Assembly: GCA_036172245.1 (NCBI GenBank)
Contig: JAYWIR010000033.1
Location: 310,001-374,000, forward strand
Direction of reading: 5' to 3'
Origin: Raillietiella orientalis
Lineage: Eukaryota
Length of the DNA stretch: 64,000 nt
Below, in pieces: positions 1 through 13,300 of the stretch (position 1 is its first letter; each line of letters opens with the position of its first letter). The notes under the pieces were generated by a model. That model was not told where the DNA came from. It saw nothing but the letters and a program-made list of their open reading frames with translations, and searched no databases. Both the position numbers and the translations under genes were made by a program.

Positions 1-2680
1 TGGGAGTGAAAACCCCAATGCACCAGCATGATCACGTCCTGCTTTCACGGAAGAGGGAACACAGAAGTGTTCAAACAGGAGGGAGGGACCACAAGCTCTT
101 CCGGGGGTTGTGTTTACACTCAAGTGTTCACTCCACCGAAGGAGTCCCTTCGGAACGTGGCGAGGCGTGGCGGCGTCTGCCAGCTTGCTAGTCCTCCAGC
201 CGCCAATAGGTCGTGTTGTTCCTGCAATGGTGTAGCCGACCTCCGATCTTGCCGGTTCGCAGCTGTCATCTCTTGCCCTAAGGGCTGAGAGGGCGTCGGC
301 GAGCAGGATGACAACCAGGCGGGTCCACTTCTTCTGGCTGTTGCACACCTTGTCCACCGTGCAATACGGGGACAGGTGAGCGCAACGAAGTTCCAGGAGA
401 AAAACATCCTGTTGCTTTGCCCAGCCATGCAATGGTTCCTGCCATCAGGCTTTAAAGTTCGTTGGGAGGCAGGAAATCCATTTTTGGGCTTCCTAGATGC
501 CGGTAGAGCGGTTTCAAGGGGAAACCGATGCTTCTCGTCGCGCGCTCCGTGTGCGGTCGCAGCGACAGAAGTCCATCGCTGCCTGTGCAGCGCCGCAGAA
601 GCTGGCGCGCGGGAGCGCACCACGGAGTGGACCAAAGGTCTGCGCACAGGACCAACATCCGAAGCTGCACATGCAGCTCGATTGTCTCCAGCGTGAGGAT
701 GCCTAAGCCAGCATCCCAACGCGGGGCCGCCAAGTTTTTGAGGCGGATCCTGGTCCTCGCAGGTCCCCACAGAGCGTTCCTCAACAGGCTGTGCGCCTAG
801 AGCTTGGTCGAGTAGGGAAGCGGGCAAACAAAAAGCAGGGGCACAAGAGGGGGGCAACGAAGGTGTTCCATATCCTGGCCCGCTCCGGCAGGACGAACCT
901 GCCATGGTAAAACGGGCTCAGGGCATTCGAAGCCTTCCGAAGGCAGTCCGACCACACTTCCACTGGGCTGATGTTCCCCAGCGGAACGCCCAGATATTGC
1001 ATGGAGGAAACGTTCGGGATCCTTAGGCGGATCCAGTCGGACAGCCCCTCCCACGCTGCACCAATAGGTACGAGCACGCTCTTGCTCCGGTTTACGCTCA
1101 TGCCCGCTCCCCGGCGAATCAGCTCGAAGAAATCCTCGGGACTGGATGCCGGGGTGGTCATGGGAAAGAGGAGAAGCAGGTCGTCAGCATAGGCCGCCAC
1201 GTACGGCGTTCCTGGACAAGAGCTCGGCAGGTTGGACAGCGTCAGCCTGTACGCCCTCAGCACCAACTCAAAGAAGATGCTGAAAAGCAACGGGCTTTAT
1301 ACCCCAGTGCCTTGTAGGCGGATATCTCAGACATGGCTTTAGTGCTAGGCGAGGCTATTATGGTGCTCAATCGTCCTCGGTTTGGGCGGCGAGAGGTATT
1401 CCGGGTCGGATGCCCAATATTCTCTAGGCTGTGAAGGTGGACAAACCTCCCCCACGCCTACCTCTATCGTGGTGTCCTCTGCCAGTGATGCTATCGGACA
1501 CTAGCGATGTTCCACAAATGAAAACACTACGAAAAAAACGCCTTCCTGTCGACTCACTCGCGAGCGAAGGAAAAACACGTCTGTTAAAAACACGCATCCT
1601 GCGCGGGCATTTGTCGGCTCGTATAAGGCTTCGCCCCGACGCGTAGTTCTATTTTTTGCTTCTTTTTTTTGTAGAGAAGAGGAAGAGTTTTCTGCGCATG
1701 CGCGCTCGCGGTTTTCACAACGCTTTTTGAAGTTTTGATGTTTTTTTCCCTCTATTCGCGGCGTTTATTTCGCGATGCGATACGCGCTTTGTTCCTGCGC
1801 TTTTGGATTTTTAGAAGGAGATCCGGGCACGTTTCATTTTGTGCCCGGGCTAGTGGCGGTTTCAGGAAGCGGCCGAGGGACACTTCGTAAGGTTGGTGAC
1901 CCTCCTGCTCGCATTCCGCGCACACAAGCGTTTGCCTCACAAACCAGAAACGTACGGTCATTCCATGCACCTGCAGTCGCGTGAGCATTGCCCGGAGATC
2001 CGCTATCGTCACTCGCACTTGTGCCAGCCCGCTGTGGTGGGCTTGGGAACCCTTAGCAGGCTTTGGGAACCTTCAAAGCGCGTGAACGGTGGTGGAATTT
2101 TTAGAGGCCTTTACGAGCTGGCGGTCCTAAAGGCCCTTATTCACTCCACTCAGCCGGACAACGAACGACTGGTCCGTTGTGACAGGGAGTACATCCTGCC
2201 CATGAATGAGCAGCGTCGTGTTTAGCAAACGTTGCGTAAGGAGAGCTGACTTACTGGACACCTCCCAGTAGCCGCAACCACTCATGGGCATGATGGACTC
2301 CAGCTAACCTTTTTGAACTCCAATCCGTTGGAGTTCCTCGCCAAACTCGCGCCCAACTCGCTCAGGCATAAGGACACTTACCTTTAACCTGAGTGCAGGC
2401 GTGTAACCATTAGCAACATACGCCGGAAGCTCAGGGCTATCGAACGAAGGTCCCATCGTAGCCGCGAGGGCAGCAACCTGGGCGAACGTGCTCGCCGTCG
2501 GCGAGGACAGTGGCTCCTTGCTAGCAGCCGAAACCGCCATCTCAGGAGCAGGTACCTTTTCCTTCTTGCGGCTGATGTTCCTACTTGTTCCCATTGCAGC
2601 CCAGAAGCACAGCAGAACAAAAACACACAAGAGTCAGCCTACCGCGGAGCGACGCAAAAGCACGTCCGTACGCGATCTGC
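1..2680 (-). mobile_element. Decayed L1/Tx1-like LINE, internally deleted: 5' end, ORF1 remnant (~2594-1300) fused to RT domains 4-7 and ORF2 C-terminal part; runs off the window edge
   Basis: GGACGTG 5' motif at ~2662-2668. ORF1-like TFAQVAA...GYTPALRLKV (2304..2630) and CAECEQEGH knuckle (1752..2018). RT LFSIFFELVLRAY...AAYADDLLL...QYLGVPL (781..1290). Confidence 0.8.
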
Positions 2681-2695
2681 GCTGATGCGTTTTGA

Positions 2696-3980
2696 ATCCG
2701 GTTGCGCCGGGACGTTTATTTGTAAAAACGAAAAACAATCTTCAAGGCAAATTCATCCTTTCGAGACACAAGAAACGCCCATACAGTAAGTTCAGCTCAG
2801 AAAGATCACCGGCACGCAAGGTGCCTTCCAGAAGAGAGGAACGGAGGGAGAGTTGTGCAGAATAAACAAAACATAAGGGAACAAACAAAAAAAAACAGTG
2901 GAGGGTGGGGTCAGGGATCTTTTGTAGTAAACGTTCCTAATCTTTCTAGAAGCGCTGTTTGACAATGGCGACATCCCTGGAGACTTTTCTGGGCAGATGA
3001 GGCCACCTGACAGCTGCTTTCATGAGGTTCGCAGCGATTCTGGCAACGTCCGTTCGCTGCGAGCTTCCTTCTAGTCTACGGCGGGCGATCACGATGGCGC
3101 GGATGCAAGAGATTGTTGCGATAACAGAGCCTTTATCCAGTCCGTCTTTGCTGAAGCAGCGTCGAAGCAGGTCTGTGGCAGTGTCCTGAGGACGACGAAG
3201 TGCCGAAGCAAGTCCTCACCATAACTCCCGCAAGTCACTACACTCAATGAGGAGGTGCGTAAGCGATTCTATCGCCCTGCACCTGAGGCAGTACGGGGAG
3301 ACGACTCCCCCTGTAACCAAGTTTCTGCGCTTATTGCACTGGAATCCCCAGTGCAGAAAAAGAAGAACATCCTGTTTCCATCGAAGTGGGAACAGGGAGC
3401 TGTCCACACACAAGGAAGGGACCACGAGATCTTCGGGGAGTAATCCAAGAACCTCACTCCAACAAAGAAGTCCCTTTGCCAGGTAACGTGGAGTGGCAGC
3501 GTCTACCAACACGCTCGTTCTGCAGCCGCTCAGCAGTCTTCTCACTCCTGCAATGCTACAGAAGAACTCCCACCTTGCCGGTTGGCTACTGTCGTTGTTT
3601 TCCCTGAGAGCAGACAGCGCTGCGGCGATGGGTGAGACGACTATCCGGGACCAAAGCGACCAGTCCTGTAGGATCACTCCTAGCGGTTGGCGTAAGAGGC
3701 CCTGTGAGGGTCGCAGTTGCTCTGGGCGTACATCCAAAGTGGACGTCCAGTGCTCCAAAGCTTCCTGCTGCCAAGCATTCCAATCGGAGGGGCGGCAGGA
3801 AATCCAGGAATGGGCTAACAGCAACGAGGACAAGTGCCTCAGTGGGTAGCCAAATCCAGTTCTCCGGCGAAGGTTGCGCGGCAGCAACGAAAGCAATCGT
3901 GAACTGCCGACACATCGCTGGAAAATATGGCGAGCCGGAGCACACCAGTGACTAGACCACAATTTCCCACATAGGGATAT
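2696..3980 (-). mobile_element. LINE 3' fragment (ORF2 C-terminus with zinc finger, 3' UTR, terminal hairpin)
   Basis: ORF 3216..4049 has WKQDVLLFLHWG and CLRCRAIESLTHLLIEC. Terminal AATAAACGTCCCGGCGCAACCGGAT at 2720-2696. Confidence 0.85.
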
Positions 3981-6423
3981 CGTCGCTGATGCGTGAGACG
4001 GGAGATGTTCCCGCTTCTTTCCGCTCAGTAAAGGTGCGGTTCCTGCCAAAAGGAGTGGATTTGCGCCATCTCAGCAACTGGCGTCCGATCACCTTGGTGA
4101 ATTCGGACTCAAGTTGTTCTTGAAGCTAAGGTTCGCGTGGCTGGGGAGAATCGCGGAGTTCTTGGTAAGACGGAAGCAGACGTATGTTGTTCCGGGGCGG
4201 TCCATGGACGCAAATCTCTTCTTCGCGCGAAGATGTTTCGAGTTGCAGCAGCGCGTGGCGCAGCAGAGCCAGGCAGCCGAAGGCGCCGCTGCCAAGGGCA
4301 AGCGGCGGTGCTCGAGGCACGATGGAATGCGAGGTGCCTTAGTGGTCGCCGTCGATCTCTTCAAAGCGTTCGACAGCGTGAACCTGGACCTCCTTCTGGA
4401 GCTTCTGTGACGCCTAGGCCTCTTGACACCCCTCATCGCCTATTTCGCTCCTGCCGACACCACGCGTTATGCTGTATCTTTTTCAGAGGGCGCTACGTGT
4501 ACGGCGTTCCCATACGGCGGGGTATCAGGCAGGGAGACAACTTAAGACTCCTGCTCTTCAGCATCTTCTTTGAGTTGTTAATAAGGGCGTACACGCTGAC
4601 GCTGGCCAAACTGCATAGCTCTTGTCCAGGAACGCTGTCCCTGGCGGCCTATGCTGACGATCTGCTTCTCTTTTTACATATGACCACCCTGGCGTCCAGT
4701 CTGAAGGATTTTTTTGAGCTGATTCTCCGGGGAGCGGGCATGAGCGTCAACAGGATGAAATCAACCGTTGTACCGGTTGGCTATACGTGGGAGCGGCAGT
4801 CCGACTGGATGCGCCTGGGAATCCGCACGGAAAGGTGCTTTAAGTACCTTCGGGTTCCCTTGGACGCCTCCTGTCCAGAAGAAGCGTGGTAGCACTGCCT
4901 TCACAAGGCCGATACTGCTCAGGTCCCGTTCCAAGGTGGCAGGTTCCTCCTGTCGAAACGGGCCTTCGTGTGGAACATTTTCGTGGTCCTCCTACTCTGT
5001 CCATTCTTTTTTGTTTATCCGCCTTCCTTCTCGGCTAGGCGTCGAAGGTTACGCCTGTAGCGAAAAGCCTTGTTGGGACTGTCAAAGTCCAGGATTCGCC
5101 TCAACGACTTGGCGGCTTCTCGGCGGGATGCAGGATTGGGCATTCCGACGCTGGAGCGGATGGGACTGCTGGAGCAGTTGAGCATGCTGGCACTTTGCAG
5201 CCAGCTATGGACTCTCCCTGGTGTGCTCCAGCGCGTCTTCTGCTGCGGCGCTCCACAGGCGGCGAAGGACTGCGTTCGTTGCAACTGCGCACGGAGCGCA
5301 TCCAGAGAGGATTCGGCTTGCCTCTGAAGGTGCTCTCCTCGCTTCTGGAAAAGCATGCATGGATATCCTGCCGGCCGACGATATTCAACGCCTGGAGGCA
5401 GGGAGCCTTATCGTCCTGGGCTGCGGAACAGGATGTGTCCCGTTTGGAACTCCGTTGCATGAACCTTGCCCCATACTGTCCAGTGGGTGAGGTGTTGGAA
5501 GACCAGGACCAGTGGACACGCCTAGCCTCTATGCTCCTCGCCGAAGCACTGTCTGCATTGATGGTGCGAGACGACAGTGACCTTCCGGTAAGGTGGGTGT
5601 TTGCCTGCAAAATCGCAGGCGAAATCCGACTGTTGGGCGGCTGGAGCACTTGCAAGATGGTAGACGCTGCCACATTTCGCCTCCTTGCCAATGGACTTCT
5701 CCGGTTAAGTAAGCTCCTCGGGGTGCCCACCAATGAACTTGTGGTCCCTTCTGCGTGCTTAGAAGCGAGTGTCCTCCCCTTTCGGTGGAAACAGGACGCT
5801 TCTCTGCTGGTGCATTGGGGTTTGTACTGCAACTAACGCGCGCACCTGGTTTCCTGGGGAATTGTGTCCCCGACCTGTGCTACATGCGAAGTGGTGGAAT
5901 CGTTTCCGCATTTGCTATTAAATGCGGTGCTTTCTAGAAACTGTGGCGAAGGCTGCCTTCAGCGCTTTTGCACCTTGGACACACTGCAATGGATTGGATG
6001 CGCCTCTTCTTCACTCGTAGCGGTCTTTCTCCGGGAGCAATCGTCGCAATCATCTGCTGCGTCCGCGCGAATGTCAGAACCCGCCACATATTGTAGGTGC
6101 GAGCGGTATAAGCATCGGTCCCCGACACTGCAGCCTCCATCCTGCAAATGGTTGCCAGGTGGTCAGACCTTGGAGCAGAAGTGAGGGCGGAGATTGCTGG
6201 CATTCACTGCCGGTTCTGAGAATAGAAACGGCTAGACTGAAGACCCCTATCCCATCTTTCCATTTTATTTATTTATTTATTGTCCTCTCCCTTCCGTTCC
6301 TAAGTTTCAGTTTACCCGGTCTGCGTGCCGGGAACCCTGCTCTCCATCTTTCGTTCCCCTTGCCTAGGAACAAAGTTCCCTGATTATTTTATTGATAGAA
6401 GTCCCGGCGCAACCGGGTAATAA
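3980..6423 (+). mobile_element. LINE subfamily X, copy 1: RT to 3' end, multiple stops and frameshifts
   Basis: LPKG..NWRP, QTYVVPGRS, AVDLFKAFDSVN, GIRQGD, AAYADDLL and CATCEVVESFPHLL motifs. 3' hairpin at 6401-6418. Confidence 0.9.
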
Positions 6424-6500
6424 ACGACGACGCTGCAATCTTTGATGATCGCGCTACCGTGCTCTTTCTTGTACTGGTATTCGAGTTTCTTGTATTAGCG
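6424..6500 (-). mobile_element. Short remnant of subfamily Y ORF1, tail-to-tail with X
   Basis: Minus strand reads KKLEYQYKKEHGSAIIKDCSVVV, matching KKVAYQQKKKEQGSAIIKECGVIV in ORF 62538..63542. Confidence 0.75.
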
Positions 6501-6504
6501 GCCC

Positions 6505-7930
6505 ACCTCCTTCCATCCCAGTTTTTTCATTGCATGGGTCCTCGCTTTTTAGGAAGATGATCAGGAGGCTTCCTCCGTACATTCTTTGGGGCAATGGAGG
6601 GTCCCGTGGGCGACTTAAAGACTTGTGCGTTCCAAGCAAGGACGGTGGACTTGGCCTACTTGCGCTGAAGCGCATGGAACTGCCAGTTCTCTTCAGGACT
6701 CTCACCTTTTCGGCAGAACTGTGAGACACTTCGTGGTGCTTTTCATCATGCCTTCTGACCCAGAGCCTCTGTATTCGGCTTACTCTCAGCGTTTCTGTCA
6801 ATGCGCGACCGCTTACAAACGCGTTGCCTCTTTGACAGCCTAGCATTGCATTTGTAGTTCGGGAGAACGCTTGGATCTCGTGACTACCCAGTAACGACTC
6901 TGGATGTCTACACGAGTTGGTCTCCACGTGGGAAAAGATCGACGTTTTGGCAGGCATAATAAACACTTGCTTGAATAGACACGCCCGCTGAACGCTGCAT
7001 GAGATCGTGTAGTGCCACAATAAGCTTTTTAGGGTTCTCATTACCCTCTTTGCCCCAGTGCTGCCCTTCCTTGAGAACTCCAGGAACAGCAGCGAGAAGG
7101 GGAAATAAGAAGTGTTTTGCTCCATGGACGTCAAGACACAAGTGAGAAAGGCGTGGACATCTCGGCAGATGAGACAGCGAGTGTAACGCCCAACGGAATT
7201 TTATGCTAGAACGAGCTACTCGGACTATCTCCGGTGGAGATGAAGTGTCCCTTGGCATACTGGAACAGTGGTTCCCTCTTCTTGAAATGGTAGGAGGTGG
7301 CGTTGCTTGGTTTATATTGAGATTTACACTTCAAAGCTCGCCTCTCGCACTGCACACGTGGGGCTGTGGATCCATCTTACGACCTGTGTGGTGAAAAAGG
7401 AATATTTTCCCACCTCCTTGTGGACTGCATCGCCTTCCGTTTGCTTTGAGTTTGTCATTCGACGATCCTGAACATTGCCGGAGGCAGCCCATGGACATCT
7501 TTACGCGCCTGTTCACGAGTGCCGACATTCCTCCAGCCGCGTTTGTGGCAGTGCTATGCTGTATTTGCTGAATCGTGTCGACCTGGCACGCATCCAGGGG
7601 AAGAGGCCGAAATGGCAAGGTTGCTATCCATCGGTCACGCATCTTTGTGCAGAACATTTCCAGGTAACCCAACTTCGGTGCTAGCAGAACGCAGCTTGCT
7701 AGGATCCTAAAAAGAAACAAGGGGACCCCTCGACGCGCACTGTGATTTCTTTCCCGCCCTCCGATACCCAAAACGTATCTGCCCTCTCCACGTTTGAACT
7801 ATTTGTTTCTTTTTGTTTCCTTCTTCCTAGCCCCTCGCGACGGAAGGAACTCGCCGGTCGAACACCAGCAAGCAGCAATTTTGGCGTGATGAACTCAAGG
7901 GCTCACCACGCGAAAATTAACTGTATATTT
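6505..7930 (+). mobile_element. Old LINE ORF2 C-terminal fragment
   Basis: ILWGNGGSRGRLKDLCVPSKDGGLGLLALKR (6530..6724) and degenerate HLLVDC at ~7410. Similar to 10060-10350. Confidence 0.7.
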
Positions 7931-7949
7931 ATTTGAAAATATAAATGGT

Positions 7950-10365
7950 CCGGCATATGCGGGTGTAAACGGAGAGGCTTAGTGCCGCGACAAGCTCGCC
8001 GGCAGCGAGGATGCGGCCTCCGAGTAGGCTGTAGAGGAGCTCGCGGCAACCCTCGTCGACAGCGAGGACACATTCTTCGAGGAGGCGGCGAAGGAGCTTG
8101 CAGCATCGCTTGGCGAGCGTCAGAACGCCTCGCGGAACGAGGTGCGTAGGCCGGCATCGGCAAAAGTGGCACCCGCAGGTAAGTCTGATCTGAAAGGCCG
8201 GAAGTTCGTTCTTCTTCGCAAAGGCACCTTCGCGGAAATCACTATGGGAGTTCGAGAAGCCGAGGAGGCGCATTCAAGCTCCGAGCGACGGAAATGAAAT
8301 GGAAGCCGTGGACATGTACGCCAGCGTGGGATCCCAAGACATTAATCTCTTGCCCGCGAAAGCCGGCGAGCAGGCGATTTCCATGAGGGCAAACGTGCAA
8401 GGGAGAGAAGTACCCCTGCATGAGTCGAGTTGAACAGCTTGAAGCCATGGAGGTGGGCGTACAGGTTGGCGAAACACCACCTCCGTGCTAGGAGCCGGAG
8501 ACGTCCGCACGTATGGAGGAGGGTAAGCAGATGGCGAAAAGCCACCCTTTTCTAGAGTCCCGCCCCATCAGGTGACGGGAGCTACATCGCCAGGTTCCTA
8601 GGCATAAATTCTTGACTCGCCTGTCCCCGTCGGATCCGCGTGGCTTGTTGGAAAGTCAACGGGCTGCGCAACGATGGCAAGAGACTGCACACAGCCGTCA
8701 CAGTGCGTGACTTTGCCCTGGCGCTCCACCTGCAGGAGATCCACGAGATCACCGTAGCAGACTCCCAGGAGTTCGAAGCTATCGCGAAGGATCGTTTGTA
8801 CTACCGATGCGACTCCCGGAACAACTGTGAGATGGTGTTCTTCGTCGAGCCAGCCGTCGACGCTGCCGTAAAGGGCGTGCGCTTTGATGACGACAGTCAG
8901 GTCGGCCAACTGACTCACTCATGGTCCGACTGGATCGACCACATCGTCACAAACGCTCCCAGAGTCAGGCGGAGTTGCAGTGATCCGAATGTGTTGCAGA
9001 AAACCTCAGACTGGCCGGTGGACACAGACGTGCAGAAGACCCATCTGATAATAGGGGATTTCAATGTCCGCTCTCGAGGATTCCTTTGGGATCGTGAATT
9101 GAGACGATGTGAGACTAGCCTGCAGCTGAACGGAACGAAGTTGTTCATCCTTTTTGTTGACTGCACGTGGGCTGGGTGGCCGGACTGAATCCGATTGGGG
9201 ATCCTTACGAAGAAAGCTTCAATTATGTTGAGATTTCGTTAATGGAGTTGTGTACACCAGGAGCCTGATCCGACCGTCTTCAAAAGTCATCGCTGTCAAT
9301 CGATTCGTTGCACGGAGGCAGGTTTCAATTGCAGGAACGGGTGGTGGGTTTAATCGCGTTTCCGGCTATCTACTTTTGCTCCCTGCTTTTGTTTGCCCAC
9401 CCCTTACTTCATGATAAGGAGAGCAGCTATATTTCTGTGGACAGTCCCGTGAGGCAAAGGGAGTTCCCGCGTGCAGTTAAAAGACTTGCGTGCTCCACGA
9501 GGAAACGTAAGAATTGGCCTTCTCAATTTCGAGCCCTAGAAGCTTCAGCTCCGATTTCGGACTCTCGCTCTTGTTCGGAGTTATTGGACACGCCTTGGTG
9601 CGCCAAAGCAAGGCACTTATCGCAACGAGCCTCAGGATCCGTAAGACTTTCGCGTTTCTGGAGAAGCGCTGCGGCAGGCTTACCCAATGGGGACCGCAGC
9701 TGCATCGAATGGAAGTTGCGTCTCAAGAGAACGCATGAATCTTCGATCTTACCGGAAACTACTCCGCATGGCTATAGTAGTCAGTCTTCACGTGAGAAAA
9801 GATCCACGTCTCGAGCGATACAAGAAACAGTTGCCTGAGGAGGCACGCTCGCTAGACGCTGCAGTAATTCGTGCAATCCCGAAACAAGCTTCTGTGGAAG
9901 CAGGTTATCCTTCATGTTCCAGTGCTGCCATATTTGGTGTACTTTAAATACAGTAACAAGCAGTGAACTTGGAAAGTGTCCAGCTTCAAGGACGCCACCG
10001 ATACTGGCGCGAGCATCTCGGCAGTTAGCGGAAACTGCGACCCCGTGTGTCCCGCTCTATGGACTTTTACGTTGGAACGAGCTACTCGCATGACCTCCGG
10101 AGGAGATGAAGTGAAGTCACAGGAGATGATGTTACTCGTTTTGCACTGGAGACTACCTTGCAAAGTGCGCCTCACCCACTGGATTCATGGAAATGAGGAT
10201 GCCCTTCCTGCACGGTTAGGATACGAGGGACCTTTCCCCACTTTCTTGTGAACTGCATCGCTTTCTTTTCCCTCTGGGATGGCTTTGCTACTATCCTGAA
10301 CATAGGCGGAGGAACACCCAGGGACATTTTATGGCGACGTTCCTGATGTGGCTTCGTGCCCCGTT
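7950..10365 (+). mobile_element. Old LINE: ORF1 C-terminus, then endonuclease fused by internal deletion to the RT thumb and C-terminus
   Basis: DSEDTFFEEAAKELAASL resembles 25950..26372. ORF 8640..9188 has ACWKVNGLRND, LQEIH and IGDFNV, then jumps to post-YADD sequence. Confidence 0.75.
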
Positions 10366-13300
10366 GCAAATCATCATTAAAACCTGATACATGGAATTTC
10401 GCGGCTTTCAATTACATGGCGAATATTTCAGAATTTCAGATGACTTGATTGCCCCTATGATTAGAGTAAACTTCTTTACCGATCAATTGAGTTAAAGAGA
10501 GCACCACTTTTATACATCAGAGTAAAAACGAAATACATTTTCAATTCCACTATAATGCTCTCTAGTGTGTGATGAGCTCTTCTTTGAGGAAGCAGCTTAA
10601 TGATTGATCATTACGTCTGCGTGGAGTTATGCTTCAGAAACATCGACTTCTCTAATGAGACTTTTTCAGGCGGAACCCTTATCTCTGAGTAATTGGCTCC
10701 TAATGTCTTCGGTTCCGACCAAGATTCGGTCACTTTACAGTAGGCATCCTTTTGTTCATGACTACTGTAGACGCGTGGGCAGAACAATGGTATCTCTACA
10801 AAAAGTAAGGGTTCGATTTCTTATTATTCTATCATCACTAGAATTCTTATGACGCCTTGAGGAAGCCAATTTCAAAAATTGCTAATTGCACTAGAAAAAT
10901 TGAAGCATTTTTCTTGCAAACGAATATTTTAAAGGATGTGATTTTGTCTGTGTTTTCCTGGTAAAATGATGAGGTCATTAAACCGTCACCTTGCACGACG
11001 AATAATGACTTTCATTCATTAGCACGCTACAAAAAGCAAGTAGACATGAATCTTAGCAGTATATTTATTTTCAGTCCATTTCTTCACTACAAGCCAAAAA
11101 ACATGGAAGGCTGTTTTCGCTACTCATGACGAGAATTTTAGCGGTGCTCACCAGTTTTCAAAAAATCCAAAATGCAAATGGAATCTTTTCCAAACGTGCA
11201 ATCCACTTGCAATGGCGTTGGAACCACGAGGATCAGTTTTTCTTTCGAGTAACTGAAAGATTGTGTTTAAGAAAAAAGGTTTTCTTGCGATTGCAAAGTG
11301 GTTGCGCGCTTTCAATGTTGCTCACATTTCTGAAGACTCATTGGATCACTCTTGTGGGAAGGTTGCCCAAACCTGCTCATAGGTGTGCGCATTTTGGACG
11401 CGAAGTACTAAGGTTATGACCAGAAAACTGACAATTTCGAGAGACTAAGTAAGGTACCGCCGGGAAATTAAAAAATCTCAAAAAGTTCGATTGGTTTCCG
11501 AGTTTTGATGTTAGATGATGCAACTGCGCCCTAACGTCGGAACCGAGCGTGTTGCTTTCATGCCTTATCAATTTGCGGCAGATGCTTGTATCCAGGCTGG
11601 CGACTATGTCGTCATGGAAGCAGCAGAAAAAGCGGAAGTTTAAAGAGTAAGTGGATATTCAAATCATAAGGAAACACGGATGCGTGATTCATGCAAGAAA
11701 GAAGCTGGTGCTGGAATGCTTAATTACGTAGGTGTCTTACTTGATTTGAGGTGACACTGTGCAATTACATGGTCCTTTCAGCAAGGTAGCATAGATTGTT
11801 ACATTCAGAGGAGATCCGTATGAAGACTGAGAGAAACGATGTAATCTTACTGCATGTGCGCTGCTTTCTTACCGTCACCGCCACTGAACAAGACTGCTCT
11901 TCAGGTGTAGGCAACTTATCCGAACTCCATGATACATCGCACTGTGCCAATGAAGATGCCGTCACAAGGGTGAATGAACACGGTCCTCTGGGATTCACAA
12001 ACTTGATTTCGTTAATAACATGTCGTGACATCAATAGATTCCTCTCAGCGTTGTTTATTTCAAGGCAGAGAACTGCCATTACCATCAGCAGCCACTGAAT
12101 CGTGAAATTTGTCAAAATGAAAACCTTTTACTATGTTGCGAAAGGCGAGCAGTGATCCAGATTGGAGGCTGGGAAAGTCAATCACTATTCTCGCCTCGAT
12201 CTCAAATGCACGTGGAAACTCTCGAAAGAAAGGAGCAGAAAGCCCACTGCACAACGTGTTTGCTTCGATACTTCCCGTATTTCAAATAACGCGCGTTGTA
12301 TCTTCACCGTTTATAGCGTTTTGATCCTCAGTATGCAAGGATGAGTTTGATTTTTTAAGCTTCGAAGATTTTGTTTTTCGTTCGAAGCAGCCTTGACAGT
12401 AATAGATTTCATTCAAATACTATCTTTGCTCGCATCCCATGCTCCTGAATATCTATCACAGTACGAATGTGTGTCCGACGATGGTGATATAAGGTAAAAC
12501 TCCGCGCGCGGTCAGCGCGTGCCTAACAGTTGCGCAAAATGATGAGAGGTACGAAACCGCAGAATGGGGCGGCATTTTGCAATACATCTTCGCCTTTAAA
12601 TTCAGAAATACGAAACTGCCATTTCTACGTTAGCATAGGGAAGGCGAATTTTCGTAGATCGCAGAAGGGAGCGTTTCGCATGAGAGTAGGTCCTGGCGTG
12701 CATTTGTTGGTTTACATTCGGTGCTTCGCGAACGTTCACCATCGAAACTCCCTTCCCGCTTAACAGTTTGTCTGCATAATCATCTGACATTTCCTCCATG
12801 ATAACTTTATTAACACTTGAGAATTTGAAAGAAGTTAACCCCATACGCACATTTGGAAGCATCATTATGCGGAAATTCCTCGGCACTTCCTCTTGTTATG
12901 TACTGCAGCCTTCGTAGCAAAAAGGAGAACGCACTCAGGTACTAGTAGAATTGAAGTTCCTTTCTTAGAATGTGGTGCGGAGTCAGTCAATTTATAGTTG
13001 CTCGAGGCAGCACAACAGGCGAACCCCTTGCATAATTACCACATTATGGTTTTCGTCAAAACGTAAACACAGCATTTACATGCATGCCAGCAGATTTCTC
13101 AGAATCTTTTTTTCTTCAGGATCGAAGAGAAAATTTGCAAATTCTCTTTATGAACTGCGTACTCTTTTCATGCTTGTGAGCGCATATGCATGTGTGGTCC
13201 GCTGCATCATTTCTCCCTCATTTTCGCGGAGAGCAGTAGCAAATGCAAGGCTGTCGCGAAAAGTGGAATAACAAATGGGCAAACTCTTTTCTGGAACAGA

